Assembly (NCBI GenBank): GCA_905178155.1
Contig: CAJINV010000001.1
Coordinates: 10,073,432 to 10,137,431 of the forward strand
Source: Amoebophrya sp. A120
Taxonomy: Eukaryota > Protista > Dinoflagellata
Direction of reading: 5' to 3'
Length of the DNA: 64,000 nt
The number at the start of each line of letters is the position of its first letter. The first letter of the stretch is position 1. The notes under the pieces were generated by a model. It was not told the DNA's origin, ran no database searches, and saw only the letters and a list, made by a program, of their open reading frames with translations. Below are positions 1 to 11,447 of the stretch, one piece after another. The translations under genes were made by a program, and so were the position numbers.

Positions 1-2
1 AC

Positions 3-3000
3 ACCAGCGCGTTGCTTGCAAATCCATTAGTGTGCACAGAAGTTGTCCCTCGTGACTGCCTGCTGCCGCATGTGGAGACTGCACTCGTAGAGGAACGAAA
101 ACCGGCCGCGCACTCCTTTTTCCTACCTGACACCGAGGTGTTTCTTCTTGGGCGCGCGCCGGAACTCGATCCCGCGTGCCAGAAACTGTTTGACTTGTAC
201 TATGCACCGGGGAGCGATCCGTCGACGAAGGTAAAGCTTCTCGTGCGAGCACAGCAGGGGGCGAGTGTTTGCGTAGAGCCGGTGCTTGCGCGGCTGACAA
301 AAGGTGCGCTTTTCCAAGGAGAATCAGAACGCGAAAGACCGTTCGTGCTGCCGGCCGAGCTGTTGACCCAAGCGCAACCTATTTTTGACTCGGTGGCTGC
401 AGTAGCTGGAGAAGACGACGAGCACGAGAGGTACTTTGCCCCACTGACGGAGGTGCTATTGCGAGACGTGCAAGTGAGTGCAAAGGAATACCCGAGCGTA
501 CAGCTTATCAGGCAGCACGTGGAGGAGCGCGGTGCGATTTTGGTCATCGCACAGTACCTGCACAGGGACGACTTCGTTACTGATGAAATGATAGCACCCG
601 ACTTCTCGGTTGCGGACGGTTGCGCTCGCATTGACGTTGCGGTGATGCTGCCCGAGGTCTGGGAAGGGGCGCAGCACGCGGCGAAGCAAGAGAATTTACA
701 GGCTGCTGCTCTTGACGAGTACTACAGCCAGTTTTTCCAAAGCTCTTCCGAAGTCGCCATGATCTCTGCGCTACCTTCGGTGTTTCTTGTGCCCCGCCAG
801 CACTTCCATTTCCACCCCGATGCGGCAGGCGCGAACTCGTTGCCTGTTGCTGGGGAAATAGTGCGGATCAGGTCCGTCGTGTTCCCCTGGGCCAGTATGA
901 CGGAGGCTCACTACGAGCTGGTGTCGAGTCTTCGCGATTTCAGCACTGAGAAGCTGTTGCTCCACAGTGTGGACACGAAGCTGGAGGAGGCGACGGTCTG
1001 GGTGCTTGACGCACAGGTCCCCGACCAGCACCCGGTGACCACGGTGAATCTTCCATTGTCTGCGCTTGAACCTGTGATCACCGTGGAAAATGTTGCGGCC
1101 TATTCGTACCGGGAGAGCCAGTTGCAGCAGTGCCTGCAGTACCAGGCGTTCTTGGCCGAACGGGTAGATCAGACACAGGAATCACCAACGGTGATGCAAA
1201 GCACCGCTCCCGCTGCTGCTGCACCACCGCAGCCAGCTGGCCACTACAGCAGAAGGGTCACGCAAAACAGCGCGCGAAGCCGAAAGCGCAGCAGTGTTGC
1301 CCGAGGCAGCATTGTGAATGGAACGTTGAACTTAGATCCGAATCGCCTTTTGCCTGTGATCGAAGAGGAGCTTTCGGGCAGCATACTGCAGGCGATCGCA
1401 CCCGAGGACAAACGCTTGCGACCGCTGACTCTGGAACGAAAAACGTTTTCGCCGTTGTCTCGCTACTACGTTGCACCGGGGGATACTGTTCTGCTAACCA
1501 AGCAAGACACGAAAAACACGCAAGCGGAACCTTTGTTGCAGAAAGTGCGGCAAATGAGCGTGAACCCGAACAACCGAACGAGGGTCCTATCGTACAAGCC
1601 CGATTTGGCGGAAATTGCCGTCTCCCGCACGGGGATCAGGAGAGCGAGCGTTTTAGACCACCAACACGCTGGATTTCAGCAGCAAACCTTCCACGTGCCG
1701 GCGGTGGCCCTCGTTCCGCACATTGATCCGGATGTCAAGAAGTGCAGAATTGGTGACTACGTCCATCTTCGTGACGTCTTTCTCGGGGCAGACGAACATG
1801 TCACTGTTGCCGAACAATTTGTGCAAGATGAAGCGGCTGCGCAGAAAAATACAGAGACGCCACACCGCCACTTGATCCGCTTGTGCCAGGATGTAGAGGA
1901 GAAAGACCCCTTGGAGAAACCGACGCTTGCGTGTGAACTTGTCGTTGCAGGGATCCACGGCGGTGTTGAATACAAAACAGTCCAGACAACCGTCCATCTG
2001 CCGGTGCAAGTGCTAGCCCCGACGTTGCGGACGCCAGAAGTCGGCGAGACCGGGATTCTCCGCTCTCTCGTCGTCTCCAGATCCGCAGACGATGCGGTGC
2101 GATTGCTTCGTTCAATGTTGCACTCCATCATCGGCTCGGTGTTGTTTGTCGCCCGGAAATCCGCCGCGTATGCGGAAGTTTGCGTCTTTGTGGGCGGAAA
2201 GATTGTTGTGCCGCCCAGTGGAAGATCAGCCGCCTCACGCAGCAGCCAGCGGCAAAGTGCTGCGGCTGATCGCGGTTCTGGCAGTTCGGTAATTGGCGAT
2301 TTCGGGAACGAGAAGGGATTCTTGGTTGTACCTCTTCACGTCCTTGCTGCCGTCGAGTACAAGACCATGTCTGAGCTCTGTGCCCCGCTGCGTCCGCGAC
2401 TCCCGAAATTAGAATGGTTGCAGGAGGTTTTCCTCACCCTGCCGCAGAAGAACTTCACAGAGCCCCGCACCGACATCGCCAGAACGCTCGCGTTGCTGGA
2501 AAAGGAGAACAGCCGCGAGCCGTTCGTGCTCCGCGTTCTTCGGTTGGCAAAGCGAAGCGAGTTTGCGAAGGTCAACGCGGACGACGAAACAGAATTCGCG
2601 TGGGACGCCGAGGTCGTGGTGTCCAGGAGAAAGGGCCCTGCGGGCGAAGTTTTACAGTCCAAAAAGATCATCATCCCGGCCGAGCGCCTGGATCGTGCAT
2701 GGATTTCGGCAATCGACGTGCGACCAGGAGAATTCGTCCATATCCGAGCCTGTGTGTTTTGCGAGAAGACGTTCCCCGATGTTGCGGAAGCGCGGCAGGC
2801 GGTGCGGAAGGGTGCGCAATTGCGCGTTTTGACGAGAATGCCGGTTATCGAGGACGACTCTGTGTTTCTCCTTCGCGTGGTGGCAGGCGAGCAAACGTTC
2901 TCGTTGCCGCATTTCAGTGTCATCCGTTGGGATTCGGGTGCCGTTGACGATGCCGACCTCTCTGCCCCGCTTCGGATCCGCGCGATTGAGGTTGACGACC

Positions 3001-4824
3001 GATGGCAGAAGGAGGCGGAGAAGCTTTGGGCCATTCGGTCAGGTGCGGACTACGGTGCGTTTACCGTCACCGTCGCACCAGACTGGAAAACGGACAAGGA
3101 GATAGAGCGGATAAGGACATCGGGCGTGAAGCTGAAGAACTTTAAAATGTCGACGAAGAAGCGTCACAAGAACCTAGCAACTTGGAAAAAGGACGTCGAG
3201 GCAGGTCGGTTGGTGCGAATCTTGATCAGAAGGAGGCTACCAGTAGAGGCCGACATCGTGCATTTGCATAGAGGACAGCTGGCCGCGAATCTGAAAGGTC
3301 ATCCCGCGATAGACGCAATCGATGACGCACGACACAAGTACGCAGAAAACTCTCTGGAAAAACTTTTGCAACTACCGCGAGCGTATTTGGAAGAGGACAA
3401 TGAGGCACCTACGCGACTCCTGCACGATATTCCCTCGCCGGAGACTTCTTCCAAAGCGGTCGTGTTACACCGTGAAGTGTTTCTTCCAGTCCGGCGCGAC
3501 ACCGACGAGGACGACACCGCGTGGAGTGAATTTTCCGTCGAAGAAACAAAGGAACTACAAGCGGGTGAGAACACCGATCGAACAGTACGGGGCACCGAGG
3601 AGGTAAGAAGTGTAAGTGCAGTTCTTTATTCGCAGCTCTTTGCATCGGTATAGTTCGCTTCTTAGGGTTTTCTAGTATGCAGAGGTTGTAGAAAATGAAA
3701 GAGCGTTCTTATCTATCAGCTTACACAAACTATGCACAGAGCACTGCTCCGGAAAAGGCTCTGACGAAAGCGTTATTGGAAAAAATTTCGCCTGTAACCG
3801 GCGACTCCGGCCTGCAGCGCACCGCTGTGGAGCGTGGCAGAGCGCTACTCGAGGATGTGCACATGAAGCATTTTGACGCACTGCGAACGGCTGATCGAGG
3901 TGCTGCTGGGAGACTCCGCACGAAATTCAGGCAGAATATTCAGGAGGAGGTCGAGCGAGTCGAGAGCCAGCTGTCCGGTTTAAAGCAGCTCACGAACCAG
4001 ATCAAGGGCGCTCGGGCAATTGCACAGATGAAACGAGAAGAGCAGCGTAAAGCCGACGCAATACAGCGCGGGCTCGTGGGGCGAGCGTACATATTTCACT
4101 TGGACAGTTGCCATAGCTGCTTTAGCTTTTTCCCTCCTCGCCTCTTACTCTGATGACTAGTTCTGTCGCAAATCATGCCAGTTCCAGTAGCATAAGTTGC
4201 AAGCCTGATACAAATCTTCCCAACAGTTACGTTCCCGCTTCTGACATCTACTCCGTCGGCGCTGCATTTTCGGTAATCGAATCCGACGAGGACGACAATA
4301 GGGCGAACGAGCCGAAGCCAAGCTTTCTGCAGTCCATGGGAGGCCAAGGAGCGTCCGTGCGCCTTTCAAGTATACGCTCGGAAGGGTCTACGAATGCGCA
4401 ACAGGCTCCCGTGTTTGATTTGTTCCAGGCCCGGCACGAGGCTGCCACGGGCAAGCGAGGTGGAGGTCCACCAGATGCGTTTTCGACGAAGGGCGGTTTT
4501 CTCGGCCCGATGCCGGTTGACGACGTGCTTGGTAGCGGGATTTCTGTGAACAGTTTCGAACCTCGAATCGACCCGGACCGCCAGTCTGACATAAATCGAA
4601 GGGGCGAGTCCGATGTGTTGTCGTCGTCAGTTGCCTCCGAAGCGCAGCTAGAACTCGACATGAACTTCCTGCCGAAGCAAAACGTGTTCGTTGCGGACTA
4701 CAGGAAAGTGGGTCGCAGGGAGTTAGGGAAAGCGAAGGTGCCGCGGACAAGCATAGCGGAGCGGCAAAGAGGAAATCAAGATTCTCGATACGTCGAGTTC
4801 ATGCGCTTGATTGGAGATGACTAA
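3..4824 (+). CDS. Large hypothetical protein with tandem SH3/KOW-like repeats and a C-terminal coiled coil; 5'-truncated by the window; exons <3-3602, 3740-4080, 4227-4824
   Basis: ORFs 12-3653, 3695-4153 and 4153-4824 join in frame after removing GT-AG intron 3603-3739 (EE|STAPE) and GC-AG intron 4081-4226 (LVG|YVPAS). The frame is open from base 3. Recurrent GE/GDxVxIR motifs. Confidence 0.8.
4081..4226 (+). other. GC-AG intron (146 nt) in gene 1
   Basis: GG|GCGAGC donor and CCCAACAG|T acceptor restore the frame between the flanking ORFs. Confidence 0.6.
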
Positions 4825-5334
4825 ATGCATTCGAGGTATAGATGAATGTGCGTGTGCTGGTTATGTAACAATCCTGTGGTGTTTTGTTGTACCCTGCTCA
4901 TGCTCTTGGATTTGCTGTTGCTCTGCTCCGTTTGACGATGTTTGCGAAAGTCCGAACTCAGCTCTGATTTGGCTTTTTTTCAATCTACTTTTGATGATTT
5001 CATGTAGTAATTCCAAGAATGCTTTAGAGATGGAGAATAGACCGACTCGGACTCCACTAGGTCTGAAGACCTCGCTCTTGCAGAACTGTTAATCGTAAAT
5101 CTCAGCGTCAGACGCTTCTTTCTTTCTTTCAATTTTACACTTGGCAAACTTCCAACGAGGTAAACAAATCCGAGAACTAAAAGCATGGTTTTGGTGAAGA
5201 TGAGATGAAGTATGTGTGACTGTTGTCTTTCTCGAAGCTCGCGTTCTCTTTCAAGATCATGTTGCTGTGTTCAAATATAGTGTGTGTGATGCCATGCGTT
5301 GCGATCTGTTTTCGTTGATGTTATGGCGCCGCTC

Positions 5335-7300
5335 GCAGGCAAGCAGGGGCGGGAGGGAACAAGTTCGACCTGTTCTTCACGAACGGGGTCGGGATAGTGG
5401 TCTACGACCCGCACCTTCGCGACCGGATCCGGCGCGGGGCATATGAGACGTTTGGGGGGACGGAGTTAAGGCGCTCCGGTTCCCGCTCGGGGGGGCAGAG
5501 TAGTGGCTGGCGTCTGGGCGAGGCAGTTGCGCCCTTTGTGGCCGTTTTCGCTTTCAACCACCAGGGGGCCGGATGCAGCACGCGCGCGCGCCATTGGGGG
5601 GCGCGGCATGTATGTTGAAGCGCCGCACAAGCGCGTGGCCCCGTGAATTTGTGGGGCGTGGTTTAATGCGCAGCGGCCCGCCGCGTTGCTCGGGCCCGGG
5701 CCGATGGGAGGCCTACCCGCGCATAAGAGGCGGAGGGAGTTTTGGAGCGGGCGGGGTGTTTGGGTTCCTCGTGGAGCCCCCGGCGGGACTTTCCGAACGA
5801 GCTCCGGCTGCTTGCGGACGGCAAGCGGGCAGCGCTGCCGGACCGGCTGTGGGCCGAGGTTGCCGGCTTCGTATTCAACATCGCCCCGACTATGCAGCAG
5901 GTGGAATCCCTGCACAGCGCCCCTGGCAGAATCCCCAACCGCAGCGCCCTGCGCGCGCCGCCCTGCTGCAGGGGCGGCCCGCGGTGCTTAGCTGGACGCG
6001 CGCCGGCCGCCAGACCCAGACAGAGCGCCAGCAAGCCCGACCGGGCCCGCCGTGTGGGCCTCTCCCGCGGCAGGCCGGAAGCAGTGCGGCGCGTGGCGGT
6101 CGAGACGCTGCCTGTCCACAGCCTCGGCTCCGCGCAGGAGGAGCTAGACGCTGCGACTGCCACAAGGGGCAGCATCCTCCGCAATTCTTTACGGCGGAGC
6201 GCGCGGGCATTTTTGCGGAACGACCTTCCAGCCAGTTACTTGGGATGCACAGCCTGCCTGCAGGAGCTACGCGACGAATGCACGCGGAACGCCGGCCAGC
6301 TTGGCCGTCCGGATAAGTTTTACAGGTGACGACGACGGCGGGCCGCGCGGAGTTTTCCGACAACCCTCTGGCGCAAGAGCAGAGTCCGACGCATGCGATG
6401 TCCTTGGGCCCGTTCTTTACCGCGCGAGTTTTCCAGGACCGACGCGGCTTGTTGTTTCAAGTTCTGGAGGCCGCCCGCGACATCCAGGGGAAAGCATACG
6501 CCGTCGAGTGGCAAGGACGTGGCAACCCGCGCCGCCGCATCGTCTGGAGAAGCGGCAGCAACTACAGGGCGTTCGAGCAGCTCGACAAGGAAACCCGGGC
6601 GCGAATTTCCGACCTGAATCCGGGCGCGTGGCGCCATTCCCTTCGCCGATGGGCGCGGCCGCTCCGATACTAGCCCGCAAATAGCGCCGCCCGTTCTCGT
6701 CCTCCGCGGCCAGGAACCTGGGAAGCCGCTGCAGGCCTTCGGACTTGCAACCGTCCGGGGTCGGAGGCGTTGCGCGCCCGATGCTTTAGCGTGCGCCCGC
6801 CCCGTATCTGTTTGCCCACGCGTGGCGACGCCACCCCGCTCGGCCCCTTTGCCAGCGCGGAAGCCCACCCCCCGCCGGCCTTGAGGCCGATTCCGCGGGC
6901 GGGCCTTCCCACCCCCCGCCCGTCGGGCACCTTCGGGGCGGGCAGCCCCGCTGGCCCGGGGGCCGTTTTGCATCTGGCGGCAGCTGGCCCTGGCAGTTGC
7001 CGCTGCTGCTTTTTCTTTCTGCCTTTGCAGCGCGGGGGCGCCGACATGTGGCTGCGCTTGCGACAGATCGCTCTTGTGCGGCGCCTGGTTTGATAATTTT
7101 GCATCGTTCTCTGTCTCGCCGCCCTTCCGGCCCCGAGGGGGCCGCGGTTGAATAATTGACAGTTCCGCGGGCGTGCCTCAGAGGCCGTGCCAAACAATAA
7201 CTGACATTGCCCCGGCCCCGGCGAAACAACCGGAGGCGGGTGCCACGTGTGCTCGGGAGAGGAAGAGGCTGCTACTCGGTCGCTGGCGTTCGGCAATCGC
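5335..7300. other. GC-rich intergenic insertion of foreign or degenerate mobile DNA (approximate limits)
   Basis: Abrupt switch from AT-richer intergenic DNA to very GC-rich sequence with G/C runs and only broken ORFs. Similar in style to inserts A and C in the NIPA intron. Confidence 0.6.
5742..6673 (+). pseudogene. Frameshifted ORF relic with a possible C-terminal chromodomain-like segment
   Basis: ORFs 5742-6329 and 6326-6673 overlap and would join with one extra base (DKFYR-VTTTAG). FQVLEAARDIQGKAYAVEWQG...IVWRSGSNY resembles the chromodomain pattern. Confidence 0.3.
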
Positions 7301-7619
7301 GTTGGTGAGTGCTTTATTCGTGTAGCTAAGACAGGGGTTCTCTCCTTATGATCGTGCAGTCGCCCTTCTTTCGGTGGCACAGCTTCATTATGTCATTTTG
7401 AGCGCGAGCGATGAGTGCGATGTTGATCTGTGTAATGGTGTCGCTCTCGAGACTACAGCATCCGCACTTGTTCGGTTGCCGTTGCGCCTTGCAATACTTC
7501 GATTCGGAACGGCAGAGCAAATGTAATTAGAGAACATAAGAAGTCCTTCCGCCTCTGCTCACTGAAGACTAGTAACAGTAAGTGTATTGCTCGACAAATA
7601 TATATCTTCCGTCCACTGC

Positions 7620-8447
7620 ATGGCCCTCACCACCGCCGCCGCGGTCGGCAACTTCGCCGGCGCCGCCGGCGATGTCGGCGACACGGTGCACAACATCGGT
7701 CAGGCCGAAAGTCTTTCCGACTTGGGCTCCGGGTTGAAGGGCTTCGCAGACAGCATGGAGAACGCAGAAAAGTCAATGCAGGACCTCAACCCCATTTTGA
7801 ATCAGCTTGCGCAGGCCGCCGGTGCGGACAAGGGCGGGCGGAGTTTGGAAGATACAATACCGCTCTGCAAACCTTGGTACGTGATGGGCGCGGTCGAGAA
7901 TTTCCAAGACTATCTTTTAGTCTTGCAGAAGCAGCTCTGGCGGCTGCATAACCTTTATCCTGATGCCCAGGTTGTCAACAACGCATTTCTGGACTCTGCG
8001 AAAGTGGAACTTCTTATCGCCCCGTTGGCGGGAAAGGGCATGCTCAACCGGGTAACGAAAGCAGAGATGGACCGAGTCGAGCAGCTGCGCACCTTTCTTG
8101 ACGGAGATTTCGGGAAATCGGTAAAAGCAGGGATCAGCGGGATTGAGCAGTTCAGCGGGGCGCACGGCTCAGCGACGTCAGCCAAGAACGGAGTTTCTCT
8201 AGGAAAAGTACGTAGCGACGCGAAACTGGACATCGGGTATGCAAAAACCAAGGAGGAAGCTGCGTCGAGCGACAGACCGCCTTTGGAAAATGAAATCGAG
8301 ATCGACGAGCCGCTAGCTTTGACGTACCACGACGGGAATCGATTTCAGGGTCTGAAGAAGGTTATCGTAGACACCCTGGAAAACATGAAGGCTGCGCTCA
8401 AAGATGTCCATCGGGCGTCGGAGCCGTGTCGGCTCAGCAACTTTTAG
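7620..8447 (+). CDS. Hypothetical protein, 275 aa, single exon, probably helical
   Basis: Uninterrupted ORF from ATG 7620 with coding-like composition, flanked by AT-richer DNA. No recognisable domain. Confidence 0.75.
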   Translation: MALTTAAAVGNFAGAAGDVGDTVHNIGQAESLSDLGSGLKGFADSMENAEKSMQDLNPILNQLAQAAGADKGGRSLEDTIPLCKPWYVMGAVENFQDYLLVLQKQLWRLHNLYPDAQVVNNAFLDSAKVELLIAPLAGKGMLNRVTKAEMDRVEQLRTFLDGDFGKSVKAGISGIEQFSGAHGSATSAKNGVSLGKVRSDAKLDIGYAKTKEEAASSDRPPLENEIEIDEPLALTYHDGNRFQGLKKVIVDTLENMKAALKDVHRASEPCRLSNF

Positions 8448-9110
8448 TTTCGTTTGCTGGTTTTTGTTTCAAGGTAAAAATGAATAGAAGAAGAGAACAT
8501 GCAGTTTCTGTTTCACGTGAAACATTTGGTTTGATTTTGCTGAACTGTCGATAGTTGTACCATCAAGCCAGTAGTTACGAGAAAGAGCAGGCTTGCTCTT
8601 CTGTGTTTCAGCAGCCTTTATCAGGTTTGATCATTCATTTGTTCATAGACGAGTGTGTCGAGTGAAGAGGCAATTTACACGATCGACTGTCCATCGTCAT
8701 TCGCCTTAGGTTGTGTCCTTCAGCGAACATCGAATCTACGCCTTCGTTCGCCGACAGCTACACTCGTGAAGAGCACCGGCATCGTGGCCGGAATCGCTGT
8801 CGCTTCGTCGTAATTTTGAATTATGTCGTATATGGCTGTTTTGGCACTTCAGTTTTCGAAAAAAGAAAAATGTTCTAGCGGCTACCGTAGTTGTTCTCCT
8901 CGACTGCCGACTTGGTTTTTTCAACGAAGTGCATGGCACATGAATCACGCATCCTCTACTAAGGGAGCAACTGTCTGCAGCAGGTAGTCCCTTTGCGCAC
9001 AGCAAGTCCAAGACGACAACCTAGAAGATTGTTGCTTCAGTTTGCGACGGAGTCGTACTTATCAGACGCACGATACTCCTGCAGAAACGGAATCCGCTCC
9101 TCTGCCTGTC

Positions 9111-10509
9111 ATGTCGATGGCCCCCGGTGCGCAGACGTACGGCTCACGGCGGCGAGCTAAAACGAGCAGCATCCTCTCGCAGATTGAAGGCAGAATACTG
9201 GTTCGAAGCACACGAACACACTCGCTGCGAAAGCACCTGAGTCACGATTTTCGCCAGAGAACAGACCCAAAACCCCAATGGTACATCACGACTTAGCCGG
9301 TCAGAATGTGTTAGTCTGACCTTTTTGCGTCATCAAATCAATGGTGTGGTTCTTGCACTTATGCGTCGATCTCAATTTTCAACCTGAAACGAAAGCGCAA
9401 CATTGGAAATCAACGCAGGACCTACAAGGACAGCGAGCTACGATCTACCTCGGAGAGAAAAAAGCAGCTCCAGGTCCGCAGAGGGGACGAGGAAGACGGA
9501 CGAATTTTCTTTGCTGAAGAAAATGCGAAACAATCGGCGAAGACGAAGATCGTCGAACTAGACCCACGGGAGGAAAGGCGGATGGTAATTTTTGCGCTTC
9601 GTGTTGTAACTGCATGTCGTTGTCGTGTCGAAAATCAAAATGCGAAAGCAGGAGCAACTTGGTGAGGTACTAGAATGGTTGATGTACAAGAATAAAAATG
9701 AATTTGAACAAGAGAGACTATTCTTATCACAGGCAATCAGCAGCAGCGTACTTGACGTGCTGGGACCGAGACCACGTGAAGAACAGATGTTAATGCCCGC
9801 TACTGCTGCAAAGAAGCGCCCGGTGTCTGCGCGGAGGATGCCGGCCTCGCCACGAGGGGTAAATGAAAATGAAAATTTAGCACATGCGGCAGTATGTTTT
9901 GTCGAAATGCGCTTGAGTGAAAGATTCCGTTCGAGGCTTATATGCTCTGACGCAAAACATGAAAATAAACAGGCCGAGCCGAAGCCAACATGGAGTCACA
10001 TTTTGCGAACAGCGCTCAATAAGCAAGACCGACCCGGCTCACCAGGCGTCGTGCGTGCAGTGCCAGGCCATCCTGCTAGCAATGCCCCGTCACCACATCG
10101 TATTATTTCATTGCTGAGAGATCGGATCCAGTTCTACCTTTGCTAGTTACACCCACACACGCGCCCACTACGCAGCGTGTTGTGAAAGGCTTCCGTAAAG
10201 CCGCTACGTAAAACTTGATAAAAAACAGGTACGCCCCGGGCACACGGGGGTAAGAAGAAATCACCCCGCGCGGGTTCGAAATCGCCACGGGGTAAAGGCT
10301 CCAAGTCTCCTCGGGCAGGTAGCCGCAGTCCGCGGGGCGGTTCGAAAAGTCCGCACCGAACGCCGAGGTCACCAAAATCACCGACGAGCCCCAGGTCGCC
10401 CCGGGTGATGTACAGTTTTGACAACTACAACTTGCCATACTTCATGAAGAAACGCGTCGAAGTGGTTCAGGTCGAGGAACTGCCACCTGAGCTGCAGACT
10501 CCTTTTTGA
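9111..10509 (+). CDS. Basic protein (~289 aa) with C-terminal SPR/SPK repeats; exons 9111-9280, 9419-9584, 9733-9858, 9973-10099, 10229-10509; start uncertain
   Basis: Four GT-AG introns (9281-9418, 9585-9732, 9859-9972, 10100-10228) give a continuous 870-nt frame. The last exon reads TPRAHGGKKKSPRAGSKSPRGKGSKSPRAGSRSPRGGSKSPHRTPRSPKSPTSPRSPRVMYSFDNY...TPF*. A further exon from ATG 8940 via a 57-nt intron (8984-9040) is possible. Confidence 0.65.
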
Positions 10510-11447
10510 TGAGAGCTACGACATTTTCTTGTCCTGATGTTGATGTAACCTGTTTGTAGTTTCTCTTGTACAATGTACTTCAATTTCCTTGTCAGGAGAG
10601 GACTCTACTGTACTGGCTTCCCGCCCCCTTTTTGTAGATGACGTTGAACTTGGCTTCAGAGTTTTGAGATTACGTTCCACACGTGCATTTTCACTTTCAC
10701 ACCATCAATGGATTCCAATAGTAATAGAAGATACAAAACTGCATCTGCTTTTGCAACGCAGATCCTTTTCTAACACTAACGTCACCAGAATGAACTCAAG
10801 ATCGAGTGTCGACAAGCTTGAAATGTAGAAGTTTAACTCAGTCCATCGCCAGAATCCCATTGTCGCCGCAGCAGCAGCTTGGCCGATTTGCGAGCCACCG
10901 CTGGGAAGCGTACGATATCGGTCCTGCTTGTGAAGTCAAATATTCATTCGATTCACCTTTGCCAGTTCCTGCACTGCTCGGTCTTCGTGAATGTCAAAAA
11001 TACAATGACTTCGAATGAAGAATGAACAAGATGATAAAATTACTTGGGTTGGCAGTCGCCTTCGTTGACCCGTCGAACACGTCGTTACCTCGATGATCCA
11101 GTATCGTCCGTATGAAGAAGAAGACTCTGACTCCGCCGATCAACACTCGAATTTCGGTCCTTCGGTAAAACCAAGTCGTGGGTTTCGGGTCGAATGTCGA
11201 ACAATCGAATCGTTTGTTGCCGGTTTACTGCGGATTGCTGTCAAGTTTTAGTTAACTCGAGCGTTTCAAGATTGTTGCTTACTTCGCGACTTTTTCGTGT
11301 ACTGAATCGTTTTTGGTGTACTGATTCAACCGTAGTCGTAGCGCAGAGCCTGCTGCTGCCCATGTATTTTTTTGAAATTGATTTCCGCGTCTCTTCCCAT
11401 ACAATTGTAAACATACCCCCGCCCTCTTTGATTCCACTTTGAAAAGC

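Noticed and set aside
9625-10146. 173-aa ORF as a standalone gene
   Set aside because: Better explained as exons 3-4 of the five-exon gene read through intron sequence.
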